From a virus: a DNA stretch of 64,000 nucleotides. Position 1 is the first letter of the stretch, and each line of letters begins with the position of its first letter. Shown here piece by piece: positions 18,430-29,900 of this stretch. The notes under the pieces are model-generated. The model was not told the origin of the DNA and ran no database searches. It saw only the letters and a program-made list of their open reading frames with translations. The DNA is taken from the IMG/VR virus record IMGVR_UViG_3300010160_000036, positions 1-64,000 of that record; one strand, 5' to 3'. The position numbers and the translations under genes were made by a program.

Positions 18430-20502
18430 TTATTCTATATCTACCGCAGTGTTGTATTGCGTAAAACCGTTTTCTTTAATTACCTTAAGGACGCTCGGTA
18501 CACGACCAGCTAGTTCTTCACGATGTGAAACAAGCCAAATAGATTTCTGTCTACGACGGCTCATGTCTTTGAGAATTGCTAGACTGTTCTCAACACCCAT
18601 AGTGTCAAGACCACTGTCAATTAATTCGTCAATGAACAAAGTGTTGATTGGACTATACAATGATTCCCATACATCACGGAAAGCAAAACTTAGTCCAAGA
18701 ATCAGTCTGTTACGTTCTCCCCTCGAAAGGTTATCAAAATCAAGTTCACGACCCAACTCTGTAATTTCAACTTGCAAGTCATTCTTAAAGATAACCTGAT
18801 GTGGTAAACCAATCTTATCTAGGTAGTGAGTTAATCGTGCGTTTAGATAACTCAAGTTCTGGTCAATAATCTTCTTACGAACAAAACTATCTTTGCTAGT
18901 TAACAAATCTAACAAGAACTTCTGATGTTCCATTGTTCTAGTCAATCTGTTAATAGCATCAAAGTCAATTGCTTGTAGAGCCTGTGTCTCCATTTCAATC
19001 ACTTGTTCACTATATGGATCGGTCTCTTGTGATTTGTTATCAATTTGATTCAGTATGTTATCAACTCCACTTGAATGTTTTACCGCTTCTGCTTCTGTGT
19101 CATAATGAGTAACAGGCTGAGTTCCTAAAACAACAGGAGTAATCTCATTTAGTTGTTCACTGAAAGGATTGGACTCTTGTTTCTTGTCTTCATATACTTT
19201 CTTTAAGTTAGCTACATCGCCGCTGTGACGAATAGCTTCTGCTTCTGTTTTATACTTTGGGATAGGTTTGGAACCCAAGCTAGTAACCAATGACTGATTG
19301 CTTGACAATTTATTTTCAAGATCAGCTAACTCAGCACGGGCATTTTCAAGTAGGGTAGTCTTTTCTAATGTAACTTCTAAGTGCTTGTCATCATGGAAGT
19401 CTTGTCCACACGCATAGCACTTATGATCTTCAAGTTCTTTAACTTCCCGAACCAATTTATCAATTAATTTTTTTTCTTTTGTGATACTTTTATTTAGGGT
19501 ATCAATTATGGTTGCTATAGATTTTTGTTCAGCATCATCGTGTAGCCAATCTTTTAAGTTAGACCATGCTTGTAATTCAGCATCAATGTCATACTCATTT
19601 TTCAACAAATAGGCAGTATGTGCCACTGAAACATCACTGTTATGCTTTTGATGCCAAGCAGTAGAACGTGCAATTAATGCATCGTATGCATCTTGTGCTT
19701 CTTTCTGCTTAATCCAAATATTCAAATCTTTATGTGCTTGCAATTCTTTGGCAATATCAATCTTGCTTAGTTCATCGTATTGAAGTGCCAAACTAGTCAA
19801 ATCATCATCGTGTTTTCTCAACCACAATGTTTGTCTACGCTTCAATGCATCAATTTGTTCTTTAACACGTTTGTTAGCTTCTTCAATAGCTTTAACTCTA
19901 AATTCTTCACTTTGAATATCATCTTTGCTACGGCGAATCATCTCTTTGATGATTTCAGCCTTCTCGCTTAACAACGTAATACCCATCAATTGTTCAATGA
20001 TATCTTTCTGTTCATTATTCTTTAATGCTAAGAATGGTTCACTATATGTGTTTAGTACAACGATGTGCCGGAACATGTCTGCTGACATGTTAATAACTTT
20101 TTCAATTGCTAATTGAGTTTCTTTGTTCTCACCTTGTTGATCCTCAGTAGTTTTTGACTGAACATCATTAACGTAGAACTTGAGAATGTTTGGCTTACGG
20201 CCACGCTCAATCTTATAGTTAGTACCATTGACATTGAATGTCAATGTAACCAGCATACCCTTACCATTTGTACGATTAACTAAATTATCTTTACGAATAT
20301 TGTTAATGGGTGTACCAAACAATGCATAGGATAGTCCTTGAATTAATGTAGTCTTACCTGTACCATTTCTAGCACCATCACCACCTAAGTCTAGGTTCTC
20401 ACCTAGAATCAGTGTTAAGTCTTTCTTGTCAAAGTCTACTGCTTGTGTTACTGCGCCGATACTTAAAAAATTGCGTAATGTTATGTCTTGGAGGGTAATC
20501 AT
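18430..20502 (-). CDS. gp46: Recombination endonuclease ATPase subunit (gp46/SbcC/Rad50)
   Basis: Walker A NGTGKTT, zinc hook CYACG, signature LSRGE, Walker B FIDE, H-loop VSH. Confidence 0.93.
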   Translation of the reverse strand: MITLQDITLRNFLSIGAVTQAVDFDKKDLTLILGENLDLGGDGARNGTGKTTLIQGLSYALFGTPINNIRKDNLVNRTNGKGMLVTLTFNVNGTNYKIERGRKPNILKFYVNDVQSKTTEDQQGENKETQLAIEKVINMSADMFRHIVVLNTYSEPFLALKNNEQKDIIEQLMGITLLSEKAEIIKEMIRRSKDDIQSEEFRVKAIEEANKRVKEQIDALKRRQTLWLRKHDDDLTSLALQYDELSKIDIAKELQAHKDLNIWIKQKEAQDAYDALIARSTAWHQKHNSDVSVAHTAYLLKNEYDIDAELQAWSNLKDWLHDDAEQKSIATIIDTLNKSITKEKKLIDKLVREVKELEDHKCYACGQDFHDDKHLEVTLEKTTLLENARAELADLENKLSSNQSLVTSLGSKPIPKYKTEAEAIRHSGDVANLKKVYEDKKQESNPFSEQLNEITPVVLGTQPVTHYDTEAEAVKHSSGVDNILNQIDNKSQETDPYSEQVIEMETQALQAIDFDAINRLTRTMEHQKFLLDLLTSKDSFVRKKIIDQNLSYLNARLTHYLDKIGLPHQVIFKNDLQVEITELGRELDFDNLSRGERNRLILGLSFAFRDVWESLYSPINTLFIDELIDSGLDTMGVENSLAILKDMSRRRQKSIWLVSHREELAGRVPSVLKVIKENGFTQYNTAVDIE

Positions 20503-21515
20503 AGGTTATTATAAATGTCCAAAAGAATCTTCTTATCAAAATTATTTGATTCAATACTGTTAATTTGGTCAATGATGATTTGGTCTACACTTTCAAACTT
20601 TAACCCATCTGCTGTTTGACCATTTTCATTTGTTTCTAATTTCATTGGTATCAATGCCATCTCTCTTAGTTTATGTTCTGGTATCCATGTCTCACGTAAG
20701 AAGTTTGCTTCCTCATATGAGATTTCAATATCAAGATGTACTCTAACATATGAGTCAATCAATAGCAAGCCCTCAGGGTTTTCTAATATATCACTTAATC
20801 TATGAACACGAAACACAGGTTGTCGTGGCCATGTATGAAACACAGGTTCAGTTCCCCATTCTAATATCATCATGCCACGCGCATCATCACCTGCATCAGC
20901 ATAGTTATGTGGGAAAGCATTACCGATGTACCAGATGTTCTTTCGTGCTTGGCGTTTGTGAAAGTGACCACTGAATACTTTTTCAAAACCACTCAATTGA
21001 TTTTCATTAATCTCACCGTGATCGGGCATTTCTACCATAGCGTTCATGTGAAAATAAGGTAATTCAAAATGACCAAACATATATTTGCCACTCATCTTTT
21101 GTAGTTTCTTGTAATCATCTTGTACAAGCCAAGGGGCAATGACTACATCTCCTTTGCTAAAGAAGTTATTGATGATTTTAACGTTTGGTAAATGTTTAGC
21201 CCACTCAACACTATGAATGTCCCTGCGGTCACGATAATAAAGATCGTGGTTGCCTGGGATAAAATATACAGTATCAAAGTTAGCACTTAGTTTCTCCAAG
21301 GCCTGTAGCCCAAATTGTAATGTATGAATGTTAATACTTGCACGATGGTGATTGTAATCGCCCAAGAAGAAACAGGTTTCACAACCTTCACTCTTTGCTT
21401 TAGCAATAAACCAATCTACGAAATCGGCACAGTCTTGATTGTGTTGTAAGCTGTTTGACTTCAATCCAAAATGAATATCAGTGAACACAGCGGCTTTTTT
21501 GAATAGGTTACTCAT
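20499..21515 (-). CDS. gp47: Recombination endonuclease nuclease subunit (gp47/SbcD/Mre11)
   Basis: Metallophosphoesterase motifs DIHFG, GD, GNHD, GH, GHFH; ATGA overlap with gp46. Confidence 0.93.
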   Translation of the reverse strand: MSNLFKKAAVFTDIHFGLKSNSLQHNQDCADFVDWFIAKAKSEGCETCFFLGDYNHHRASINIHTLQFGLQALEKLSANFDTVYFIPGNHDLYYRDRRDIHSVEWAKHLPNVKIINNFFSKGDVVIAPWLVQDDYKKLQKMSGKYMFGHFELPYFHMNAMVEMPDHGEINENQLSGFEKVFSGHFHKRQARKNIWYIGNAFPHNYADAGDDARGMMILEWGTEPVFHTWPRQPVFRVHRLSDILENPEGLLLIDSYVRVHLDIEISYEEANFLRETWIPEHKLREMALIPMKLETNENGQTADGLKFESVDQIIIDQINSIESNNFDKKILLDIYNNL

Positions 21516-21521
21516 GTGCTT

Positions 21522-21550
21522 ATTATATAGATGTTATTTGATAAAAGCAA
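21522..21550 (-). promoter_or_regulatory. Sigma70-type promoter for gp47-gp46 (likely leaderless)
   Basis: Minus strand TTGCTT-17 nt-TATAAT, then 6 nt to the gp47 ATG. Confidence 0.7.
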
Positions 21551-21552
21551 TA

Positions 21553-22116
21553 TTATTGGTTAAATGTTTTATTAAAAAGATTAGTAGCGGTATCCCAATC
21601 ATAGTTATTTTTAAATCGCACACTTATGCATGTCCTACGACCGTTACCGGAAGAAATGGAATGTGGTATATCAGTTCTAACTAATGTCACGAAATCATTA
21701 ATTGAATGTTCAGCTTCTAATGATAGTTCTGCCATAGTAAAATTCATATATGGGGTATTCCCTGCACTAAGTAGAATTTTTTTTTCTAGCCACGGCAATC
21801 TACGAGTATACCATCGCATTGTACTAGGAACGTCAGTACTATCATCAAATACAATATTCAACCCATAATGAATATATACCAGTTCCTCATTAATTAATGC
21901 AACATCAACGTGTGCAAAATTATGGTTTAGATGATTAATTTTATTAAAAATCATCACTCCCAAAATTTCTGAAATGGTTGACAATTTGTCTACAAAAGCG
22001 GGAGTAAATATCTCAGTAAGATAATCACTACCTCTCCATTTAACTACATCTGTTGGTCTAACCCAAGATGGATTAATTACATCAAACTTTTTAAGATTTA
22101 ATGGTAAAAAGCACAT
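21553..22116 (-). CDS. Hypothetical protein, possible double-stranded beta-helix (2OG-Fe(II) oxygenase-like) fold
   Basis: AHVD (HxD) ... LVRTDIPHSI ... RTCISVRF spacing; start set at ATG 22116 after the gp55 stop. Confidence 0.45.
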   Translation of the reverse strand: MCFLPLNLKKFDVINPSWVRPTDVVKWRGSDYLTEIFTPAFVDKLSTISEILGVMIFNKINHLNHNFAHVDVALINEELVYIHYGLNIVFDDSTDVPSTMRWYTRRLPWLEKKILLSAGNTPYMNFTMAELSLEAEHSINDFVTLVRTDIPHSISSGNGRRTCISVRFKNNYDWDTATNLFNKTFNQ

Positions 22117-22123
22117 TGCAAAA

Positions 22124-23029
22124 TTATTCTTCGTATGTGACTGACACTCCACCAGAGCCTTGACGGCTCCAACTTGGGTTTAGTCCGTTGATTTCTAAGA
22201 TATCATCTCTAATGTTTTGATTGCGCTTTTCTGTGTTTAGTACACGACAGAAACTATTAGTGATAGCTGCTGTATAGTAGGCAAATGGATTAGCACTCTT
22301 TGCCTCATTGAACCTTAACCCAACATATGTAAGTTGTAAGATAGCACTGTTACGCATTTCATCATTGTATGTGTATCCACGCCAATTATATTTCATGGCA
22401 TATTTTTCACACATCATAATATACATACGGGCTAGTTTGTTTGTGACCTGACCATGATCTTTACTAAACTCACCGTTTTCTAGATCACCTCTCCAATGAC
22501 TTTTACCTACGCAATAGAATGTATTGTTACTATCAATTTTGTAATGCTGAAATGGGGGAAAATTAACCTTGACATGAACCATGTCATCAATCTCTGCTTT
22601 GGTTGTTTTATCTTCTAAGTCGGCAAAGATTTCATCTGGGTCAGGTTCTTCAAATTCAAAGATATCTTTTGCTGTTTTCTTTTTAACTGTCTTGCGGGGT
22701 TGTTTTGGCGCTACCGGTACATGATCCCAATTCATTACACGAAAAATTAAATCTGTAACTAATATAGAGTCTGGGCTAACTGCATCTTTAGAGCCCTGCT
22801 CTAAACTAAGACGCAATGCTCTGGTTTCTTTTGCTTGCTGAATGGATTCTGGACTAAAAGCATATTCTAAACTCTCGTTGATTGGGGCTTGAGGCATGTC
22901 TACTATAAAGTCGTAGCGATGATATTCCGGTTGTGAAAAGTGACAATAAGTAGTTTTGCTTTCGTGAATTTCTTTTAGAATGTCTTTATTATTTAGGTAA
23001 TTGACAGGTTTTCTTGATGGTAGGGACAT
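22124..23029 (-). CDS. gp55: Late-transcription sigma factor (T4 gp55 family)
   Basis: NYLNNKDILKEI, NWRGYTYNDEM, FNEAKSANPFAYYT...NSF motifs; next to gp47/46 as in T4. Confidence 0.88.
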   Translation of the reverse strand: MSLPSRKPVNYLNNKDILKEIHESKTTYCHFSQPEYHRYDFIVDMPQAPINESLEYAFSPESIQQAKETRALRLSLEQGSKDAVSPDSILVTDLIFRVMNWDHVPVAPKQPRKTVKKKTAKDIFEFEEPDPDEIFADLEDKTTKAEIDDMVHVKVNFPPFQHYKIDSNNTFYCVGKSHWRGDLENGEFSKDHGQVTNKLARMYIMMCEKYAMKYNWRGYTYNDEMRNSAILQLTYVGLRFNEAKSANPFAYYTAAITNSFCRVLNTEKRNQNIRDDILEINGLNPSWSRQGSGGVSVTYEE

Positions 23030-23053
23030 AGTTCTCCGTTATTATGTTGATTG

Positions 23054-23082
23054 ATTATAGCATGACTGTTGCAGAATAGCAA
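23054..23082 (-). promoter_or_regulatory. Sigma70-type extended -10 promoter for gp55
   Basis: Minus strand TTGCTA-17 nt-TATAAT with TGn before the -10; GGAG RBS downstream. Confidence 0.75.
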
Positions 23083-23119
23083 CTATTTTTTGAGATATAG
23101 GGTAAAAACAGCTCTTTTT

Positions 23120-23133
23120 TATTTAGCTAAATA
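23120..23133. promoter_or_regulatory. Palindromic back-to-back late boxes TATTTAGCTAAATA
   Basis: Perfect 14-bp palindrome giving CTAAATA on both strands, between gp55 and the baseplate operon. Confidence 0.6.
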
Positions 23134-23155
23134 TAAGTAAGGATAACAACATATT

Positions 23156-24094
23156 ATGGCAACACAACCAATAGACCCTACAATTGATGTTAATAACGGA
23201 GCAATTGGATTGGGAGTACCCACATCAGTAATTGAAAACGTCAACCCGTCGGGTAATGCCATTGGCATACAATTGGATTCAGCACGATCAACAGCTACAT
23301 ATCAAGACACTCAAAATTTTCAACAAGCAAAAGACTGGCGTGTTAGAATAAGTTTGGCACCAGGTGCAAATTATTTATACAGAGTAGCTGACAGAGCAAA
23401 TGCAGGTATACTTGGACCATTAATAGAAACCGATGGGGTAATTTTCCCCTACACACCAAACATATCAGTATCATATGTTGCAGGGTATGATTCTAGTGAG
23501 TTAGTCCATAGTAACTACAAAGTTTATCAGTATAAAGGTAGTAGTGTTGATTCTGTAACTATAACAGGTGATTTTACAGCACAAGATTCAAATGAAGCAG
23601 ATTATTTGTTAGCAGTTATTCATTTTTTCCGAAGCGTTACTAAAATGTTTTATGGTCAAGATGAAAATCCAAAGAACGGCGTTCCCCCACCATTATGCTA
23701 TCTGACAGGATTTGGTGCATATCAATTTGATAATCACCCAATGGTAATAACTAATTTTACTTATAACACACCAACTGATGTAGATTATATTCGCGCCGGT
23801 AGTCAAACTAATAATCCTGGACAAAATGTAGGGCAACAAGCCCCTGTAGTAAATAGTACATTAAGACTTAGTAGATTGAGTCAATCAGGGTTAATATCTC
23901 AACCCCCTAACTTCTCAACCCCAAATGTGTTAATTAATAGTGATGCAACATATGTGCCTACAAAAGTAAGTATATCTATTACTGCTACACCAATTGTATC
24001 ACGTGATGATATCAGTAATAACTTTAGTTTAAGAGATTATGCAACTGGTGGACTACTAAGAGGAAGTATAAACAATAGTGGAGGTATCTGGTAA
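23156..24094 (+). CDS. Baseplate tail-tube initiator/cap protein (gp48/gp54-like)
   Basis: GVIFPYTPNI, ITGDFTAQ, GVPPPLCYL, VITNFTY tube-fold-like motifs; first gene of the baseplate module. Confidence 0.6.
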   Translation: MATQPIDPTIDVNNGAIGLGVPTSVIENVNPSGNAIGIQLDSARSTATYQDTQNFQQAKDWRVRISLAPGANYLYRVADRANAGILGPLIETDGVIFPYTPNISVSYVAGYDSSELVHSNYKVYQYKGSSVDSVTITGDFTAQDSNEADYLLAVIHFFRSVTKMFYGQDENPKNGVPPPLCYLTGFGAYQFDNHPMVITNFTYNTPTDVDYIRAGSQTNNPGQNVGQQAPVVNSTLRLSRLSQSGLISQPPNFSTPNVLINSDATYVPTKVSISITATPIVSRDDISNNFSLRDYATGGLLRGSINNSGGIW

Positions 24095-24405
24095 TGTCAA
24101 ATAATATTTTATATCCGCAATCTAGCCCCTATAATAATACAGGAGTTGTCAATCAAAGCTTCTTAGATATCATGGTGAATAGACCAATACCTAAATTACC
24201 AGACGACAAATATTGGGAAATTACTTCTATCTACAATCTACGTCCTGATTTATTGGCATATGACTTATATGGTAATTCAAGACTATGGTGGGTTTTTGCA
24301 AATAGAAACCCAAATACATTATTAGATCCATTGTTTGATTTTGTCACAGGTACTGGTATCTATATACCGTTGAATAGTACATTAACACAATCATTGGGAG
24401 TATAA
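24094..24405 (+). CDS. gp53: Baseplate wedge LysM-like protein (gp53-like)
   Basis: RPDLLAYDLYGNSRLWWVFANRN motif. Confidence 0.75.
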   Translation: MSNNILYPQSSPYNNTGVVNQSFLDIMVNRPIPKLPDDKYWEITSIYNLRPDLLAYDLYGNSRLWWVFANRNPNTLLDPLFDFVTGTGIYIPLNSTLTQSLGV

Positions 24406-26916
24406 ATGCCAATCATTTATGATGCGTTAGGTAATGTAATATCATCTACACCTGATAATAATTTAGGTGGAACTTCAGCCGGCGGAGATCAAACCGGAGG
24501 AGGGTCTACTACTCAAGCCGGCTCCGGCAATAATGCATCCGGTCCCACTACCACTACTACCCAAGGCACTAGTGGTACACAAAACGCGACAAACAACACA
24601 GCCGATAATGTCAACACTAATTCCGCAGGGTCTACCTCACTACCCGGAGCAAGACCAACTAATCCACTTGCTCAGTTTTCATCATACGCATATCAGCTTA
24701 GTTGGTACATGATCTCACCTGAAGCATTTAATGCATATGTAGAAGGTGGAAGAAAAGACATAAACGAATTAAAAACTGCCGGCGGTACTAGTGGAGTTTT
24801 TCTTCTTGCTCAAAGTGGTGGTATAAACAACGATGGCCCAATCAAAAGAGCTAATGGATTTGATTTAGATTATTATATAGATAATTTAAAATTAATTTCT
24901 CAAGTAGCAACTACTATGACTGCAACCACATCTAATGTTACAGACATTTCATTTGATATACATGAACCATATGGATTTTCATTACCAACTAAACTTAGAC
25001 GGGCATATCAACATATGATCCCTGACAGTGAAATAAACAAAAAAGGGGGGACAAATTATAATTCTCTTAGACAATTTTTTGTTTTAGGAATTAGATTTCA
25101 AGGTTATGATAAAGATGGTAACATAGCTGACTCTAGTAAATATTTTAACAATAGTACTGAAATTATAAACAGTGATGGGGTATTTGAAACATTGTACCCA
25201 ATTATGTTAACCGAACTCAAATTTAAATTAAATGGTACTGCCACAACATATCATATAAAAGCTAAAATAGCACCTACTCAAGTTGCTATGACCATTGCTA
25301 GAGGCACAGTGGACAATAACATTGAAATAATAGCTGACACAGTAAAAAATGCATTGTCCAGTGAGGGTGGTACCGGCAACAGAGGCATGGTGAGCCTGTT
25401 TGGTACACTGAATGTCAATGAAGAAAAGGCTGCAAAGGCAAGAAAAGACAAAGACGGAAATCCGGGTATACCAAACGAGTATAAAGTTCGTTATATTGGA
25501 GACACAGCATTATTTCGTACTGCTACTTTTAATAGTCCGGCCGATGCGGACAAGAAAAAACAAAGTATGAATTCAGCTAGCAAGCAATCTCAAGTTAACG
25601 ATCATACCGCAGTAAAAGCTATATCAGATCCAATTATACGAAAAATTACAATTGAACAAGGTACTAGCACATTACAAGCAATTAATAACATAGTAAAAAA
25701 AAGTTCTTATTTAGAAGATGCTTTAAGATTAGTAAACAATAGCGTAGAATCTCCGTCAACCGAGACTAGTAGTCCAGAATCAACTGTTACACCTGGTGCA
25801 ACATCAAATACATTACGTTGGTACAATGTAACACCTGAAGTTAAAGTTAAAGGTTGGGATGGTTCAATAAATGATTATGCATACGAAATAACTTATGTTA
25901 TACAACCATATGATACTCCGGCTGCAACAACACCTTACGGAAAAGTTTCAAAATATACAGGCCCGTATAAAAGGTACGATTATTGGTTTACTGGAAAGAA
26001 TACTGAAATTACAGGATATTCTCAATCATTTGATTTAACTTATTTTCTAACAGGCAACCCACCAGACGGTAATCCAGCATCAAATCAAGGAAATGCTACA
26101 GTACCAAATTACGATAACAAACGTACAGGTCAAGATAAGACTGGAAAAATAGGTGATGGTAATGAATCGCAAAACACTTACATGACAAGTTTATATGATC
26201 CAGCAGCATATACAGATGTAAAAATTGACATATTAGGTGACCCTGACTACTTGATGACAGAAGCAGCTCCTAGTGTCAATGAGCCTTATAATCAATCTTA
26301 TAGCAATGAAAACTACACAATAAATCCAAATGGCGGCCAAATATTCATTGAAGTTAACTTTAATGAAGGTGTTGATTATGATAATCAAACTGGATTGTTA
26401 AAAGTCAATGAAAGTATTTTGTTTTATGATTTTGGTTATGCAGTTCCCGATAATATTGACGGTGTCTGTTATCAGGTAAAACAAGTTAATTCTTCATTCT
26501 CAAAGGGAAAATTTTCACAACAACTATTGTGTACGATAATGACATTTCCTAGAGCAGCCGATGATAATGCAGAGTCTGCTTCTCAAAATTCAGCAAATCA
26601 AACTGAAGCCACTGCTCAAGGGAGAGGAAACACAGGGCTCAACCAGTCTGTATTATCTACACCATCATCAGGTGCATCAACATCAACTAATAGTGGATTT
26701 ACACCGGACAAGGCAGTTACTAATTCAAATCAATATAGCCCACCTGCACCACCTGTAATTCCAGTAAGCACTCAAGAAAAATCAGCAGTACCTACTAATA
26801 ATGCAACTAACTTAATAGTATCTAGCGGAGAAAATGTAGCTAATACTGGATTAACACAAGCAGGTAAAGCAAACTTAATCGATCAAGGTGGAAGAGAAAC
26901 ACCACCTAACCCATAA
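24406..26916 (+). CDS. Baseplate hub protein (gp27-like) with low-complexity termini
   Basis: Between LysM and gp5-like genes; IDILGDPDY and YQVKQVNSSFSKGKFSQQL motifs typical of hub C-termini. Confidence 0.6.
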   Translation: MPIIYDALGNVISSTPDNNLGGTSAGGDQTGGGSTTQAGSGNNASGPTTTTTQGTSGTQNATNNTADNVNTNSAGSTSLPGARPTNPLAQFSSYAYQLSWYMISPEAFNAYVEGGRKDINELKTAGGTSGVFLLAQSGGINNDGPIKRANGFDLDYYIDNLKLISQVATTMTATTSNVTDISFDIHEPYGFSLPTKLRRAYQHMIPDSEINKKGGTNYNSLRQFFVLGIRFQGYDKDGNIADSSKYFNNSTEIINSDGVFETLYPIMLTELKFKLNGTATTYHIKAKIAPTQVAMTIARGTVDNNIEIIADTVKNALSSEGGTGNRGMVSLFGTLNVNEEKAAKARKDKDGNPGIPNEYKVRYIGDTALFRTATFNSPADADKKKQSMNSASKQSQVNDHTAVKAISDPIIRKITIEQGTSTLQAINNIVKKSSYLEDALRLVNNSVESPSTETSSPESTVTPGATSNTLRWYNVTPEVKVKGWDGSINDYAYEITYVIQPYDTPAATTPYGKVSKYTGPYKRYDYWFTGKNTEITGYSQSFDLTYFLTGNPPDGNPASNQGNATVPNYDNKRTGQDKTGKIGDGNESQNTYMTSLYDPAAYTDVKIDILGDPDYLMTEAAPSVNEPYNQSYSNENYTINPNGGQIFIEVNFNEGVDYDNQTGLLKVNESILFYDFGYAVPDNIDGVCYQVKQVNSSFSKGKFSQQLLCTIMTFPRAADDNAESASQNSANQTEATAQGRGNTGLNQSVLSTPSSGASTSTNSGFTPDKAVTNSNQYSPPAPPVIPVSTQEKSAVPTNNATNLIVSSGENVANTGLTQAGKANLIDQGGRETPPNP

Positions 26917-26929
26917 CTAGAAATTTAAT

Positions 26930-29900
26930 ATGCCACATAGTCTTTTTAAACCCAAAGGTCCTACTAAAGCATCTAGACCAGACGCCGGCGGAGCCGCACT
27001 ACGATCGGTGCCAGTACTAGGTGTAGTCAAAGATACAATTGATACCATCAGATGCGGTAGAATTCGTGTTTACATTGCTGATAAAAGCGGAAGAGATCCC
27101 AATGATTCAACTTCATGGACAACTGTTAATTACATGAGTCCATTCTATGGTACAACCATTGCTCAAGGTGCTAAAGATAATTACGGAACATATTTACAAA
27201 ACCCAAGTAGTTATGGTATGTGGAATGCACCACCTGATATAGGCAGTACTGTTATATGTATTTTTATTAACGGTGATCCTGACTATGGATATTGGATAGG
27301 TTGTGTACCCGAACCAGAATCATTGTATATGGTTCCTGCTATTGGTTCAGCAGAAACAGTTGTCACAAATGAAAATGAGGCAAAAAGTTACGGCGGGGCT
27401 ACACGATTGCCTGTGTCTAATATTAACACTAATAACACTGAGATAGATAAATCACCTACATTTTATAGTGAACCTAAACCAGTACATAGTTATGTAGCCG
27501 GTGTACTTGCACAGCAGGGATTGGTTCGTGATACTATCAGAGGTACTATAGGTACAAGCGCACAACGGGAGAGTCCGAGTAGAGTTGGTTGGGGTGTAAA
27601 CACACCCGGTCGACCTATCTACGACGGTGGTTTAACTGACGAAACTATTGCCGCAGCAGCCGACACCGGTACCAATGTTGCAGGATTGAAAGTTATATCA
27701 CGTAGAGTTGGTCATTCTATTGTAATGGATGATGGCGATTTAATTGGAAGAGACCAATTAATAAGATTGCGTACAAGCTTAGGGCATCAAATACTAATGA
27801 GTGATGATGGGCAAACGTTGTTCATCATCCATGCTAACGGACAAAGTTATATTGAGTTGGGTAAAGAAGGTACTATTGATATGTACGCTACTAATTCGGT
27901 TAACATAAGAACACAGGGTGATTTAAACCTACACGCTGATAATAACATCAACATCAATGCTAAAAAAGATTTGAATATGTATGGTGAAAATGTCAACATT
28001 CAGTCTGCTAAAAAGACTGACATGAGAGTTGGAACTAATTATTCTACACAAGTTCAAGGAAACTACACTGCCAAAACTAATGGTAAGATGAGTTTTAAAT
28101 CAGCCGGCGAAGCAAGTTTAGCAAGTTCTGCTACTACATACATTAATGGTAGTAAAATTAATTTAAATACAGGTGAATCAGCATTGACTCCGAGTGATGT
28201 AAAACCATTCACTACTGTATTACATACCGATACATTGTTTGATAAGGTAAAGGGTTGGGCAGCAGCACCGGCATCATTATTAAGTATTGTAAGCAGAGCA
28301 CCAGCACATGCGCCATGGGCCGGCGCAAATCAAGGAGTTGATGTTAAAGTAAATAATGACGCAGATGCAAAATTCCCATCAACACCAAATCCAGCCATTG
28401 CAGAATCAAACAACACAACCTCGTCAACACCTCCATCAACACCAGTATCTCCTTCTGTTTCAAGCACGGTTCCAATAACAAATCCAATCAGTGATAGCAT
28501 AGACACCAATGCAACTAATGCAATGGTAGCAGATATGTCTACTAGAGCACAATCTAATCCTGAAATTCAGGCAGCAATTGCAACAGGAGCAGGGGTAGTA
28601 AGACAAAATGGTATAAACACAGAAGCAATTGGATCTATGGCGCAGTCTTTCCAAACATTACAAGATTCCGGAGTTATTAAACCTGGTTTTGCAGCCTTGG
28701 CTGCATCTAATTTACAAAAAGGTATGACCATTCAACAAGTGCTACCCCCTAGTGCTTGGACAGGACAACCCGGAGCAACTAACTTGTCTAGTTATCTGAA
28801 TAATCCAGTGGCTCAAATACAAGCACAGGTTTCCGGTGGCTTTCAAGTTGCACAGAATAAAGCAACACAGGCTGGGTTAATTACAGGGTCAGAATCTTCT
28901 GGTCAACTTGCGGGTATAGTTTCAGCAGTAGCAACAGCTGGATTGAATGCCACAATAAATGCAGTCAGACAATCAGCAGGTAGATTGAGCGGGCTAATCT
29001 CTGGTAATGTTAGTGGTCCGGTTGGTGGAATTGTCAATCAATTATTTGCATCCGCTCAATCATCATTGACTTCGGGTAATTTTGCTGCCAATATGGCATC
29101 TACTCTGACCGGTGGGTTGAATTCAATCGCTAGCTCATTAAATGGATTATCAGCTAGTCAAGGTGGTGGAAGTTTGTTAAACACTGCTAAAGGAATTGCT
29201 GGGTCAGCGTTTGCTGCAATAATTAACTCGTTCCCTAATTTATTGCCCGGAGTTCCTCAAAACTTAAAACAGATCGCACTTAATGCTTTTAGGTTTGCAC
29301 AGAACACCGGAAATGAAACGACTGCTGGGGTAGGTGCCGGCGGCGCTATTTCAATATTACCAAATTCAATATCTACTGGTTTAGGGGCATTACCCGGTGC
29401 ACAAAAAGCAGTATCAACTATAGTTAATAATTCGTTAGCTGCATTGAATACTATTCCCGGTACTGCACAGTCATCTTCGGCAATAAGACAAATTACTGCA
29501 TCAGTCATTTCAGGACAGCCACTGGGAAATATCGCAGTTGGGTTATTAGCACAATTAAGATCTCCGGGAAATACGTTAACAGCAATTGCCTCTGCTGGAC
29601 TACAAGCAGGAGCTGCAGCCGCACTAAATTCTGCTATTAGTTCACTGAGTTCAGGAGGTTCTGTCCCCAATAAATTAGCAACAGTTGCAATAAACACTAT
29701 TAATCGTGCTAGTTTAACATCATTGGTAGGATCAGTGTTTGGTAATTCAAAAATACCAATTCCAAACTTTTCAGGTAATCCTGCAACAACGGGTGAAACT
29801 GCTGCAACAACTAATGTATCAGAAATACTAGCTAAATCAACCGCACAAAGCGTTGCAGCAATAGCATTGGGCAAAGCGGTTGATGCTGCTCGTGAAGCTC

